From the NCBI GenBank assembly GCA_900314865.1, contig OMWW01000004.1:1749-65748 (forward strand): a DNA stretch of 64,000 nt. Direction: 5' to 3'. The notes below the pieces were generated by a model. The model was not told the origin of the DNA. It made no database searches and saw only the letters and a program-made list of their open reading frames with translations. The translations under genes and the position numbers were made by a program. The stretch is from an uncultured Erysipelotrichaceae bacterium. GTDB taxonomy: Bacteria > Bacillota_I > Bacilli_A > RFN20 > CAG-826. Every line of letters begins with the position of its first letter. The first letter of the stretch is position 1. Below are positions 8,181-17,502 of this stretch, piece after piece.

Positions 8181-10268
8181 ATGCAAATGGGTAAATTAAA
8201 ATTTACATTTACTAATATCTTATTTTGGGTCGCAATTATCACTTCGATCCTTGTTTTTGAAAATATCTCATTTTTCACATATGACCAAACAACTGATTTC
8301 ATGTCATTTAATCTAAATGACACATATTTTTTCTTACTCTTTTCTATCGCTGCGATTTGTTATTTAGCGATGTTCATATATGAAACTATATTAAATAAAG
8401 CAAAAGCAAACGTTCCTCTTCTTATAATGTGTTTGATGCTACTATTATGTGGAACAATAGGAATATATTCCTTTACTTCGATGAGTTTCCCAATCGCTCC
8501 TACATATACGGTTGATGACTTCCATAAATTAAAACACGTATTATCGTTTGTTCTATTTGTGTGCTCTATTTATTCCACAATCTTCTATTTCACTAAAAAC
8601 CATCCATCTTTAAGTAGACTTAAATACATCTTCATCATCGTGATATTGATGACTTATTTCTTTGTCATCTATTCAATCGTCACCGAATATTCAATGTATG
8701 AACTGGTGTTTAATACAGATACTGCTGATACTCCGTTTTCAACACATATAAAATCTATGTTTTTACATCATAATATGTTTGCCGCTTTCCTCTTAATTGG
8801 AATCTGTGCTTCTATGGCACTCAATTTTTATAGGAAGAATCCACTTTCTTATATCTCCATTATTGGGTTTTCAATTATTGAATTCTTTGTGTGCTCTAAA
8901 ACAGGAATCATTATTTGTATGATTTCTATCTTCTTGTATTTTTTGGTAGAAATAATAGCCTCCTTTAAACGAAAGCAAAAATCTGCATTAGTCAAACTTG
9001 GATTCATGTTATGTGGATATATTATAGTAATTCTTTTGTTTATTCTCTCTCAATCGTGTGAAGTAAGAGGCGTCTCTTCTATTAGTAGATTTATTTATCG
9101 CCAATTTCAATTTGCAGATTTTGAGACATTTACCCATCGTACCTATATTTGGTCAGAAGCAATAAAACTAGTTTTTAAAAATCCAATTAGTGCAATGTTT
9201 GGCTACGGATTTAGAAATTCTGAATATTTGGTTGGGCACGCTGTTAATGCGGATGGGTATAAACTCTCGTGCCATAACGGTTACATTCAGACAATGCTCA
9301 ACTTTGGTCTTGTTGGCTTTGGGGTTTTAATGTTTTTCTTTGCGTATTACTTCTATTCACTCATTAGATTAATGAGGAAATACACTAGATTTGCATTAGT
9401 CTATCTTGTGATTGGTATTGCTTATTTCGCTCAAGCATTCACCGAATCATTTATCGCTTTCGCTCCTGGCGCACAAGGAATCCTTATTGGAGCGTTATTC
9501 TATCTCCCAGTTATTAATAAAAACGCCCATCTTAGAAGAAAAGAAGTCGTGGACTACGCAGTCAACGAAGTTGGTACACTTGAACTTCTTAAACCTAAAT
9601 ATATGGTCAGAGGGGCTACAAGATTCATCCTGTCCTTAATGACAGTAGTAGCGGCGTTATTTGTCTTTGATATGTATCGCGAAGATGAAGGCATTAGATA
9701 TTTACTTTGTAACATTATTGCTGGCTTAGGTATTTATTTACTCTTCTTCCCATATTTAAATGGTCTATTCGCCACTAAGAGCAGCGTTAACAAATATATC
9801 GTTAATTTATCCATCTTTACTTTAGTAAACCTCGTAGTGGTTGGTTCTTTGGTGACAACCTATTTCTTCCTCAAGCCAATTCTATTTGAAGGGTTCGTGT
9901 GGTTGATACCTGGCGCGATGGGTTTTGTGCTACTCCTTTATATTTTGATATTCGCTCCAACGAAGAAAGGTGGATTTAAATTATATTTAAATACCTTCGT
10001 GGGGTTTAAGACCTCTTTAGGATCTTTAATTGGAATGTCTGCGTTTACTATTGCGTTACAGCATTCTCAATCATACATTGATATGAATTATGTTGTCTTT
10101 ATCATCTTGGTTCTTGTTGCTGGCTTAGTGGTTTTCTATACCTTCACCTTCTTAGTGCCATTTAAAGATACAAGAGATATCGTTGCCTACGTTTGTAGCT
10201 ATGGTGTTGATATCATGAAACGCGAAGTTGTGAAAGATAAGTTGGGGGTGTATTCCAATGCCCACTAG
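8181..10268 (+). CDS. Polytopic membrane protein with O-antigen ligase/polymerase (Wzy_C-like) domain and extra C-terminal TM bundle
   Basis: More than 14 hydrophobic segments; GYGFRNSEYLVGHAVNADGYKLSCHNGYIQTMLNFGLVGFG resembles the Wzy_C signature. Confidence 0.5.
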   Translation: MQMGKLKFTFTNILFWVAIITSILVFENISFFTYDQTTDFMSFNLNDTYFFLLFSIAAICYLAMFIYETILNKAKANVPLLIMCLMLLLCGTIGIYSFTSMSFPIAPTYTVDDFHKLKHVLSFVLFVCSIYSTIFYFTKNHPSLSRLKYIFIIVILMTYFFVIYSIVTEYSMYELVFNTDTADTPFSTHIKSMFLHHNMFAAFLLIGICASMALNFYRKNPLSYISIIGFSIIEFFVCSKTGIIICMISIFLYFLVEIIASFKRKQKSALVKLGFMLCGYIIVILLFILSQSCEVRGVSSISRFIYRQFQFADFETFTHRTYIWSEAIKLVFKNPISAMFGYGFRNSEYLVGHAVNADGYKLSCHNGYIQTMLNFGLVGFGVLMFFFAYYFYSLIRLMRKYTRFALVYLVIGIAYFAQAFTESFIAFAPGAQGILIGALFYLPVINKNAHLRRKEVVDYAVNEVGTLELLKPKYMVRGATRFILSLMTVVAALFVFDMYREDEGIRYLLCNIIAGLGIYLLFFPYLNGLFATKSSVNKYIVNLSIFTLVNLVVVGSLVTTYFFLKPILFEGFVWLIPGAMGFVLLLYILIFAPTKKGGFKLYLNTFVGFKTSLGSLIGMSAFTIALQHSQSYIDMNYVVFIILVLVAGLVVFYTFTFLVPFKDTRDIVAYVCSYGVDIMKREVVKDKLGVYSNAH

Positions 10269-10707
10269 CGGGATTAAAATCATCTCCACGAATAAGAAGG
10301 CTGGTTTTAACTATTTTTTAAGTGACTTTACGGAATGCGGTATTGAACTTAAAGGTACGGAAATCAAATCCTTAAGAGTTAATGGGGCCACGATTGGTGA
10401 TAGTTACATCGTGATTAGAAACGGTAACGCGGAAATCATTAATATGTATATTAAACCTTATGATCACGGAAATCTCTTTAACCATGACCCTCTTAGGAGT
10501 AGAAGGCTCCTATTACATAAAAAAGAAATTCTGTGGTTTGAACAAAAGATGAAGACTGGTGGATTCACTGTAGTGCCCACTAAAATTTACTTTTCTAAAG
10601 GCAAAGCGAAAGTGGAGATCGCTCTTGCTAAAGGTAAGAAACTTTACGATAAACGTGAGACAATTAAAAAGAGAGATTTAGATCGAGAACTCTCTAAAGG
10701 AGAATAG
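10258..10707 (+). CDS. smpB: SsrA-binding protein SmpB
   Basis: GIKIISTNKKAGFNYF...GTEIKSLR N-terminal signature; 149 aa; overlaps the upstream gene by 11 nt. Confidence 0.85.
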   Translation: MPTSGIKIISTNKKAGFNYFLSDFTECGIELKGTEIKSLRVNGATIGDSYIVIRNGNAEIINMYIKPYDHGNLFNHDPLRSRRLLLHKKEILWFEQKMKTGGFTVVPTKIYFSKGKAKVEIALAKGKKLYDKRETIKKRDLDRELSKGE

Positions 10708-10709
10708 CG

Positions 10710-11204
10710 ATGAAAAAATGGAAATTATTTAACCTATTATTGCTTCCATTGCTCTTTGGTGGATTCACTCTTTTAAGCGCCTCTAATCTTTCAAATAATG
10801 AACCAAATGTTATTGAAGTAAAAGCGATTGATTATTTGCCTTTTGAAGACTTTATGAGTGAGTACACAACTATTAGAAACGCTCAAGCAGATGATAACCG
10901 TCCAAGTGCTTGCGATGCAAATAAAGAAGAATACGATCAAATTATGGAAATTTACGACAAATTGAACCAAAATGATCGTCAAAAAGCCGTTAATACTCCT
11001 GATCCAATACAAGAAAATTACACCATTGGACAATACATAAACGAGATTGTTAGGAAGTTCTATACCCCTGCAGTTTCTAATAGTGCTTCTAAGCCAAAAC
11101 TTAACCAATCAACGACCATTATTATTGCTGTTGTAGTCTCAATTTTTGGGATGAGTGCGATCTCTGTTCTTTACATTATGAAGAACAACAAAGTCATTGA
11201 CTAG
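10710..11204 (+). CDS. Hypothetical exported protein with N-terminal signal/anchor and C-terminal TM helix
   Basis: Hydrophobic N- and C-termini; RBS GGAGAA. Confidence 0.4.
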   Translation: MKKWKLFNLLLLPLLFGGFTLLSASNLSNNEPNVIEVKAIDYLPFEDFMSEYTTIRNAQADDNRPSACDANKEEYDQIMEIYDKLNQNDRQKAVNTPDPIQENYTIGQYINEIVRKFYTPAVSNSASKPKLNQSTTIIIAVVVSIFGMSAISVLYIMKNNKVID

Positions 11205-11358
11205 TCTAACCTACTTATTATTGATTGATATAGTGAATTACTGAAAGTGGATTAATAAAATCCGCTTTTATTTTGTGAAAAATTAACTAAATTCATGTTT
11301 ACATTAATTTCCACTCGTGATAAGTTATTTACACTGAAAATTACATAGGGAGGTTGAG

Positions 11359-11505
11359 ATGAGAGAAAAAGTTCTTTTGATTTGCTCCGAGTGCTTAGCC
11401 AGAAACTATGTGACAACAGTGAATAAAGACACTAATAAAAAGTTAGAGCTTATGAAGTACTGCAAGCACTGCAACAAGCAAACACTTCATAAAGCAAGTA
11501 AATAA
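11359..11505 (+). CDS. rpmG: 50S ribosomal protein L33 (48 aa, CxxC...CxxC zinc ribbon)
   Basis: [48 protein letters not shown] matches the L33 pattern; RBS GGGAGG. It is absent from the ORF track because it is under 60 aa. It sits in the conserved position before secE-nusG. Confidence 0.8.
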   Translation: MREKVLLICSECLARNYVTTVNKDTNKKLELMKYCKHCNKQTLHKASK

Positions 11506-11519
11506 TTGGAGGTACCGTT

Positions 11520-11714
11520 ATGGGATTAAAGAAATTCGCCGTCGGTGTTGTTAAAGAAGGCAAACGTGTTCGTTGGCCAAAAAGAGAAGTCTTATTTCCA
11601 TCAATTCTTGTCGTATTAATTATTGCTATCTTTACTGGATTACTCCTTTTTGGAGAAGATATTGCTGGTAAGAAATTAATCGACATTTTATCTGATGCTT
11701 TTAGAGGCATGTAA
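11520..11714 (+). CDS. secE: Preprotein translocase subunit SecE
   Basis: 64 aa, single TM; KRVRWPKREV motif; position between rpmG and nusG. Confidence 0.75.
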   Translation: MGLKKFAVGVVKEGKRVRWPKREVLFPSILVVLIIAIFTGLLLFGEDIAGKKLIDILSDAFRGM

Positions 11715-11729
11715 TAGGAGGATAACGTC

Positions 11730-12353
11730 ATGATTGATAACAATAAAACAGCGTTTACAGACACTAATAGTGATCTAAGTGAAGATATTCAAGATAATCG
11801 CGATCAAAAATTAGGTGAAAAAGCGTGGTACGTTGTATCCACTTATTCCACCCACGAAAAGAAAGCCGCATACAACTTACAAAAACGTGTTGATTCCATG
11901 GGCTTAGACGACTTAATTTTCCGTATTGTCGTCGTCGAACAAGAAGTTCCAGTGATGAAAGATGGTCTTCCTACTGGCAAAACCAGAATGAAGAACTTAT
12001 ATCCAGGTTATGTCTTCGTTGAAATGATTATGACTGACTATGCTTGGTATATCGTCAGAAACACTCCTGGTGTTACTGGTTTCGTTGGATCTGCTGGTAA
12101 AGGTACAAAACCATTCCCAGTTCCACGTGAACAAATCGAACCAGTCCTCAAGAGAATGGGTATGGTTGATGATAGCATGTATGACCGCTATGAAGCTGGT
12201 GACTATGTCAAAGTCATCCACGGCACTCTTGAAGGAACAGAAGGTAGAATTCTTTCCATCAACAAAGATACCGGAGCGGTTGAACTTGAAACCATCTTCT
12301 TCGGTAAAACCATTAAGGTTGAAGTTGATTTCTCTGAAATCGATAAGATCTAA
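11730..12353 (+). CDS. nusG: Transcription termination/antitermination factor NusG with N-terminal extension
   Basis: NGN domain (KAWYVVSTYSTHEKK) and C-terminal KOW (GDYVKVIHGTLEGTEGRI). Confidence 0.9.
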   Translation: MIDNNKTAFTDTNSDLSEDIQDNRDQKLGEKAWYVVSTYSTHEKKAAYNLQKRVDSMGLDDLIFRIVVVEQEVPVMKDGLPTGKTRMKNLYPGYVFVEMIMTDYAWYIVRNTPGVTGFVGSAGKGTKPFPVPREQIEPVLKRMGMVDDSMYDRYEAGDYVKVIHGTLEGTEGRILSINKDTGAVELETIFFGKTIKVEVDFSEIDKI

Positions 12354-12366
12354 AACAAACAAAAAA

Positions 12367-12389
12367 GCAAACCAGACGGTTTGCTTTTT
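12367..12389. terminator. Bidirectional intrinsic terminator between nusG (+) and ktrA (-)
   Basis: GCAAACC-agac-GGTTTGC flanked by A-run upstream and T-run downstream. Confidence 0.6.
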
Positions 12390-12405
12390 ATATTTTATAT
12401 AAAAC

Positions 12406-13080
12406 TTATTTCTTTTTTGACTTTCCGTTGATCGCTTCTCTAAATGAAGCAACTTCTTTAACAGTACCAACAACGTAGACTGTGTCATCTGGAAGTAAAG
12501 AATCATTACCACCCGGGACAAATGATTTAGAGCCACGTTTAATTAAGACAACATTAACACCATAGACGTTTTTAGGATTCATGTCTTTTAGTGTAATTGG
12601 GAAGAATCCAGGATTAATAATAATAGAAACAACAGAGTATTTGTTATCTAATTTGTAGTAGTCAGTGTAGTCTTCATTACCTATACGGTTCGCTAAAGCC
12701 GCACCAGCAGCTTTTTGAGGAGTAATAACTTCAGTAGCGCCAAGTTTCTTCATAATTGGGACATAATAGTCATCATCAACACGGACGATGATGTTTTTAA
12801 CTCCTAATTCTCTGAGAATAACAGTGGTAAGAACGCTAGCTTCTTGGTTATCGCCAAAGGCGACAATAGCGGCATCAACTTCACCAATACCTAATTCTTT
12901 TAATGCTTTTTCATCAGTAGAGTCAGCGATAAAAGTAGTTGGTAAGTCGTTAGCGACTTCCTTCGCAACTTCTTCGTTGTTATCAAGAGCGATAACGTCC
13001 ATTCCGTTTTCTGATAATTCCTTAACAACAGAACGACCGAATTGACCTAAACCAATAACTGCAAATGATTTGTGTGCCAT
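12406..13080 (-). CDS. ktrA: K+ uptake system regulatory subunit KtrA/TrkA (RCK_N plus RCK_C)
   Basis: GLGQFGRSVVKEL Rossmann motif; 224 aa. Confidence 0.8.
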   Translation of the reverse strand: MAHKSFAVIGLGQFGRSVVKELSENGMDVIALDNNEEVAKEVANDLPTTFIADSTDEKALKELGIGEVDAAIVAFGDNQEASVLTTVILRELGVKNIIVRVDDDYYVPIMKKLGATEVITPQKAAGAALANRIGNEDYTDYYKLDNKYSVVSIIINPGFFPITLKDMNPKNVYGVNVVLIKRGSKSFVPGGNDSLLPDDTVYVVGTVKEVASFREAINGKSKKK

Positions 13081-13095
13081 ATAGATTTCCTCCTA

Positions 13096-14487
13096 TTAAC
13101 CGATAACAACATCGGTTTCAACACGCTTAAAGTGGATGTTTTCTTCTCCATTCATTTCTCTTTGGAATAATTGGAACAAGGTGATTGGACCAAGTCGACC
13201 AAAGAACATGAGAGCGATTAAAATGATTTTACTTCCATCATGTAATGTGGAAGTGATTCCTGCCGTAACCCCAACAGTACCAAAGGCCGAGAATACTTCA
13301 AAGAAGACATTTTCAGAATTGATAAGCTCGTCTGGGTTTTGACAATGCTGTTCGATTGCCATAATCGATAGGAACGCAATGATGATGATAAATATTGATA
13401 AGAACACTAAGCTAGTGGCCTTAAGAATGCTAGTTTTGGAATATTCACGTTTGAAAGCATGGATGCTCTTTCCTTGTAAGAATCTTATTAAGCATAAGAC
13501 GATAACGAAGATGGTGGTGGTTTTAATACCACCAGCAGTGGAGATTGGTGAACCACCAATAAACATAAGTAAGCAGCTGATTGCTTTACCCGCTCCACTA
13601 AGGTTATTTTGATCAAAGTTAGCGAAGCCCGCAGTTCTTAAAGTTACACTTTGGAAAACAGCTTGGAAAGAATCAATATTGTTTGTGGTGACATCTGTTA
13701 GGAAGAACATCAAGAAACCGAATCCTAAAAGGATTGAGGTTGTTAATAAGACAATTCTTACAAACGCACTCCATTGTTTTGGCTTCTTATGAAGAATGAC
13801 TAAGTCAATAATGGTGATGAAAGAAATACCACCAAGAATGACTAAAATCATTATATATGTACATAAATAGTAATACGCCCATGTAGGAAGACCATAGATA
13901 ACTGGGTTTTCCGCAATTCTGATTAAGGACATATTTCCAAATAGATCAAATCCCGCGTTATTAAAGGCGGAAATAGAGGTGAAGAAAGACACCCAAATTG
14001 CTTTTCCAGTACTATATTCCTTGATATTTAAAAACACAGGTAGGCCTAATAAGAACCCAAGTATTTCCACAGTTACAACAATTCCGATAACTCGTTTAAC
14101 GAATTTTGAGACACCAGCAATAGTATCACTATTGACAGCTTTAGATAAGAAGAGACGATCCTTGAATTGAAGTTTCTTCATAAACAAGGAAATAATGAAG
14201 GTGAGTAAGGTAATAAATCCAAGTCCACCGATTTGAATCATCACCAAAACAACAGCCTGTCCAAAATAGGTAAGCTCTCCCTCTAGACCTGCAGAATATG
14301 TTGATAAGCCCGTCACACAAGTAGCGGAAGTAGCGATAAATAAGGAGTCTAAGTAATTACCCCAATGTCCACTTTTATGCGCTAATGGTAAAGAGAGTAA
14401 AAACGAACCTAAAAGGATAACTCCTACGAAGGAGAGAAGGACCATTAAGTAAGGTGATAACGATTTTTTCTTGCCTTGTTTCGCCAT
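13096..14487 (-). CDS. ktrB: K+ transporter membrane subunit KtrB/TrkH
   Basis: 463 aa polytopic; repeated GxG selectivity-filter-like segments (TGLST, GGLGF, TAGF, IGGSP). Confidence 0.8.
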   Translation of the reverse strand: MAKQGKKKSLSPYLMVLLSFVGVILLGSFLLSLPLAHKSGHWGNYLDSLFIATSATCVTGLSTYSAGLEGELTYFGQAVVLVMIQIGGLGFITLLTFIISLFMKKLQFKDRLFLSKAVNSDTIAGVSKFVKRVIGIVVTVEILGFLLGLPVFLNIKEYSTGKAIWVSFFTSISAFNNAGFDLFGNMSLIRIAENPVIYGLPTWAYYYLCTYIMILVILGGISFITIIDLVILHKKPKQWSAFVRIVLLTTSILLGFGFLMFFLTDVTTNNIDSFQAVFQSVTLRTAGFANFDQNNLSGAGKAISCLLMFIGGSPISTAGGIKTTTIFVIVLCLIRFLQGKSIHAFKREYSKTSILKATSLVFLSIFIIIIAFLSIMAIEQHCQNPDELINSENVFFEVFSAFGTVGVTAGITSTLHDGSKIILIALMFFGRLGPITLFQLFQREMNGEENIHFKRVETDVVIG

Positions 14488-14823
14488 ATAAAACTGCTTG
14501 TATTATACTCTTCTAACTCCAAAAATCAAATTATGCCTATTATTGTATGACGAAATATTAATATTTATAGACTAATAAGTAACATCAAAAATAGAAGCCT
14601 TTTTTCGAGGTAAAAAAATAGTGATTTTTTTGCATAATTTATTGAAGACAAAAAACAAAAAAGAAGGTTAAATTATATTTTTTCAAAATATTCATTTCAA
14701 AACTGTAAATAAAATATGTTAATCAAAATATAACGATTTGACGACCAGTTTTCTAATGATTTTTAACTGGGTTTTCTTGACACCCACGAGGGTTCCGCGT
14801 TATTCTAATTTTAGGTGGTGATC

Positions 14824-14901
14824 CTAGTCTTTTGGGCTAAGGATCTTTTTTACTACTATCAAAATCAATAACAGTAAAATGAAATTCAAAGAATACTCCA
14901 T
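14824..14901 (-). CDS. Candidate 25-aa hydrophobic peptide (MEYSLNFILLLLILIVVKKILSPKD) with a strong SD (GGAAAGGAGAAG)
   Basis: Internal start of the 62-aa track ORF; a near-perfect Shine-Dalgarno sits 6 nt upstream; single TM-like helix; no homology inferable. Confidence 0.25.
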   Translation of the reverse strand: MEYSLNFILLLLILIVVKKILSPKD

Positions 14902-15340
14902 GATTCTTCTCCTTTCCGACCTTCTGCTTTTAAGGTTTGTCAAACCCATCAGCGGAATCGGGAAGAAAATGCGGACAAAAGTTACCGGCTGATGGCGTTG
15001 ACTTGCCTTCAACCAAAGCGTAAGGTGCTTTTTTCCAAGAGAGTAATAATTACCCCCTCACAAATCTACAAGGGGAGTTGTTCGATTTTTTTAGTAAAAA
15101 TTTTTACTGAGTGCTAACTTATTCAATTAATTGAATAAAAAAATTAAAATATTTTTACATTTTCTTGAATGTTGTAAAAAGATAAATTTTCACTTGCGTC
15201 CACACACGTTAATTTGATACGATATACAAGCATGTCGTCTTACGCATGAGAGAGCGTTATACGTATGTATGTTCTGTGGAAGAGTGGTGATTCACCCGTA
15301 CCACAGCACGGACAAATTCTTAAATAGGAGGGAAAGTCAC

Positions 15341-15754
15341 GTGAGTAAAAAAATCGCGAAAGTCTTAAAGATGGAACTTCCTGGTGGCGAGGCCAAACCA
15401 GGACCAAAACTCGCTTCTGCTGGTATCAACATGGCGAAATTCTGTACAGATTTCAACGCCAAGACCGCAGATCGTCGTGGGGAAATTGTCCCAGTCATCA
15501 TTACGGCTTATGAAGACAAATCTTGTGATTTTGTCATCAAAACTTCTCCAGTTGCTCCATTACTCTTGAAAGCTGCTGGAATTGCTAAGGGTTCTCCTAA
15601 TAGCAAAACCACAATCGTGGGTCACATCTCTAGAGCCAAACTCAAAGAGATCGCAGAGTACAAACTACCTGATTTAAACGCTAATGACATTGAGGCGGCT
15701 ATGAAAATCATTGAAGGTAGTGCCCGTAATATGGGTATCGTCATTGACGACTAA
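15341..15754 (+). CDS. rplK: 50S ribosomal protein L11
   Basis: GTG start at 15341 preceded by AGGAGGG; the track ORF beginning at 15269 is an upstream in-frame extension. Conserved PPVGPALG-like region (PGPKLASAGINMAKF). Confidence 0.85.
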   Translation: MSKKIAKVLKMELPGGEAKPGPKLASAGINMAKFCTDFNAKTADRRGEIVPVIITAYEDKSCDFVIKTSPVAPLLLKAAGIAKGSPNSKTTIVGHISRAKLKEIAEYKLPDLNANDIEAAMKIIEGSARNMGIVIDD

Positions 15755-15767
15755 TTAGAGGACAGTT

Positions 15768-16448
15768 ATGAAAAAGGGTAAGAAATACGTTGCCGCTTTA
15801 GAAAAAGTGGACTCTAGCAAACTCTACAGTGTTTCCGAAGCATGTGCTTTAGTCAAAGAAACTTCTACAGTTAAATTTGACGCCACTGTTGATGTCTCAT
15901 TCAAACTCAATGTCAATCCAAAACAAGCAGATCAACAAGTCAGAGGAACTCTCGTCCTTCCACACGGAAATGGCAAAACCAAAAAGGTCTTAGCTATTAC
16001 TGACAAAACTGAAGATGCTACTAACGCAGGAGCTGATTTTGTTGGCGGAGCAGAAATGATCGAAAAGATCAGCGGTGGCTGGTTCGATTACGATGTCATC
16101 GTTGCGACACCAAACATGATGCCTTTATTAGGTAAAGTTGCTCGTGTCCTTGGTCCTAAAGGCTTAATGCCAAATCCAAAGACCGGTACAGTCAATCCTG
16201 ATATCGCTCGTGCTGTTAAAGAAATCAAAGCTGGTAAAGTGGAATACCGTGTCGACAAAGAAGCAAATATGCATGTTTCTATTGCCAGAGTAAGCTTTGA
16301 TGCCAAAAAGATTGAAGAAAACTTACAAGCCTTAATTGACGCAATTATCAAGGCTAGACCAGCTTCAGTCAAAGGTACTTACATTAAAAACGCTGTCATC
16401 CATACGACCATGGGACCAGCTATCCACTTCTCATTTGATGGTCGCTAA
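15768..16448 (+). CDS. rplA: 50S ribosomal protein L1
   Basis: 226 aa; conserved L1 motifs; RBS AGAGGA. Confidence 0.9.
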   Translation: MKKGKKYVAALEKVDSSKLYSVSEACALVKETSTVKFDATVDVSFKLNVNPKQADQQVRGTLVLPHGNGKTKKVLAITDKTEDATNAGADFVGGAEMIEKISGGWFDYDVIVATPNMMPLLGKVARVLGPKGLMPNPKTGTVNPDIARAVKEIKAGKVEYRVDKEANMHVSIARVSFDAKKIEENLQALIDAIIKARPASVKGTYIKNAVIHTTMGPAIHFSFDGR

Positions 16449-16588
16449 AAATTAGATTCTAATATACCCAAGACAGTAACGGACGTGGAGTCTTAATAAT
16501 GTTACCGAGGTGAAGAAAATATCATTTGATTCTCACTGTATATTGGAGCCTCAAAAAAAACAAAACAAATTGAAAAGGAGGTCAAAAC
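16449..16588 (+). promoter_or_regulatory. Possible rplJ (L10) autoregulatory leader
   Basis: 140-nt untranslated spacer with local pairing (TAACGG...CCGTTA-like, GACGTGGAGTC); position matches L10-leader elements in Firmicutes; not verified. Confidence 0.2.
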
Positions 16589-17074
16589 ATGAACAAAGAA
16601 GTCTTACAAGCGAAACAAGAAGTCGTTAAAGAGATCGTTGAAAAAGCAAAAGCAAGTAGTGGTATCGTTGTTGCTGAATATCGTGGCTTAACAGTTGCGC
16701 AAACTCAAGAATTAAGACGTGCTTTAGCCGCTGAACACGCTGCTATGTTTGTCTACAAGAATTCTTTAGTTGAAAGAGCAAGCGATGAACTCGGTTATGC
16801 TGAATTCAAAGAATTACTCTCTGGACCAAACGCTATCATCTTCTCTCAAGATGTTAACAGTGGTGCGAAAGTTCTTGCTAAATATGCGAAAAGATTTGAA
16901 CCTTTAGAAATTAAAGGTGGTTTATTCGAAGGACAATTCGCTGACAAAGCAAAAGTCTTAGAAGTTGCAAAATTACCTGGAAAAGAAGGTATGCTTGCCA
17001 TGTTATTATCGTGCTTACAAGCACCAGTCCGTCAATTTGCCTGTACAGTTAAGGCTGTTGCGGATGCAAAATAA
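16589..17074 (+). CDS. rplJ: 50S ribosomal protein L10
   Basis: 161 aa; RBS AAAGGAGG. Confidence 0.9.
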   Translation: MNKEVLQAKQEVVKEIVEKAKASSGIVVAEYRGLTVAQTQELRRALAAEHAAMFVYKNSLVERASDELGYAEFKELLSGPNAIIFSQDVNSGAKVLAKYAKRFEPLEIKGGLFEGQFADKAKVLEVAKLPGKEGMLAMLLSCLQAPVRQFACTVKAVADAK

Positions 17075-17098
17075 TGCCAATTTAGGAGGAAAAGAAAA

Positions 17099-17473
17099 AT
17101 GGCTAAATTAACAAAAGAAGAAATTATTGCCAGCTTAAAAGAAATGACTGTTCTCGAATTAAACGAATTAGTCAAAGCTGTTGAAGAAGAATTTGGTGTC
17201 ACTGCCGCTGCCCCAGTTGCCGCTGCCGCTGCACCAGTTGAAGAAGAAGCTGCTAAAGGACCATCCGAAGTTAGCTTATTCTTAAAGAGTGCTGGAGCTA
17301 GCAAAGTCCCAGTCATCAAGGCTGTTCAAGCCATCACAGGTTTAGGCTTAATGGATGCTAAGAAATTAGTTGACGCTGCCCCTGTTGCTGTCAAAGAACA
17401 CATTTCACCAGTCGAGGCCGAAGAACACAAGAAAGCTCTTGAAGCTGCTGGTGCTGAAGTCGAAGTTAAATAA
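17099..17473 (+). CDS. rplL: 50S ribosomal protein L7/L12
   Basis: Ala/Glu-rich hinge; C-terminal domain [12 protein letters not shown]. Confidence 0.9.
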   Translation: MAKLTKEEIIASLKEMTVLELNELVKAVEEEFGVTAAAPVAAAAAPVEEEAAKGPSEVSLFLKSAGASKVPVIKAVQAITGLGLMDAKKLVDAAPVAVKEHISPVEAEEHKKALEAAGAEVEVK

Positions 17474-17502
17474 TTTAACTTTACTATTATCTTGAGGTGA
17501 TA

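Noticed and set aside
11997-12536. 179-aa minus ORF and 120-aa plus ORF overlapping nusG and ktrA
   Set aside because: Both lie in alternate frames of well-supported conserved genes. No RBS; the composition is typical of shadow ORFs.
14490-14760. Expected c-di-AMP (ydaO) riboswitch upstream of ktrB
   Set aside because: The region upstream of ktrB on the minus strand is AT-rich, low-complexity DNA without the GC-rich ACGGGGA/GGUGAAUCC-type blocks. Only a TATAAT promoter close to the start is present.
14934-15030. SRP RNA (4.5S) or tRNA in the ktrB-rplK intergenic hairpin region
   Set aside because: No GNRA-capped domain IV consensus (GGAA...AGCAG) and no cloverleaf could be fitted. It is kept only as an unassigned structured element.
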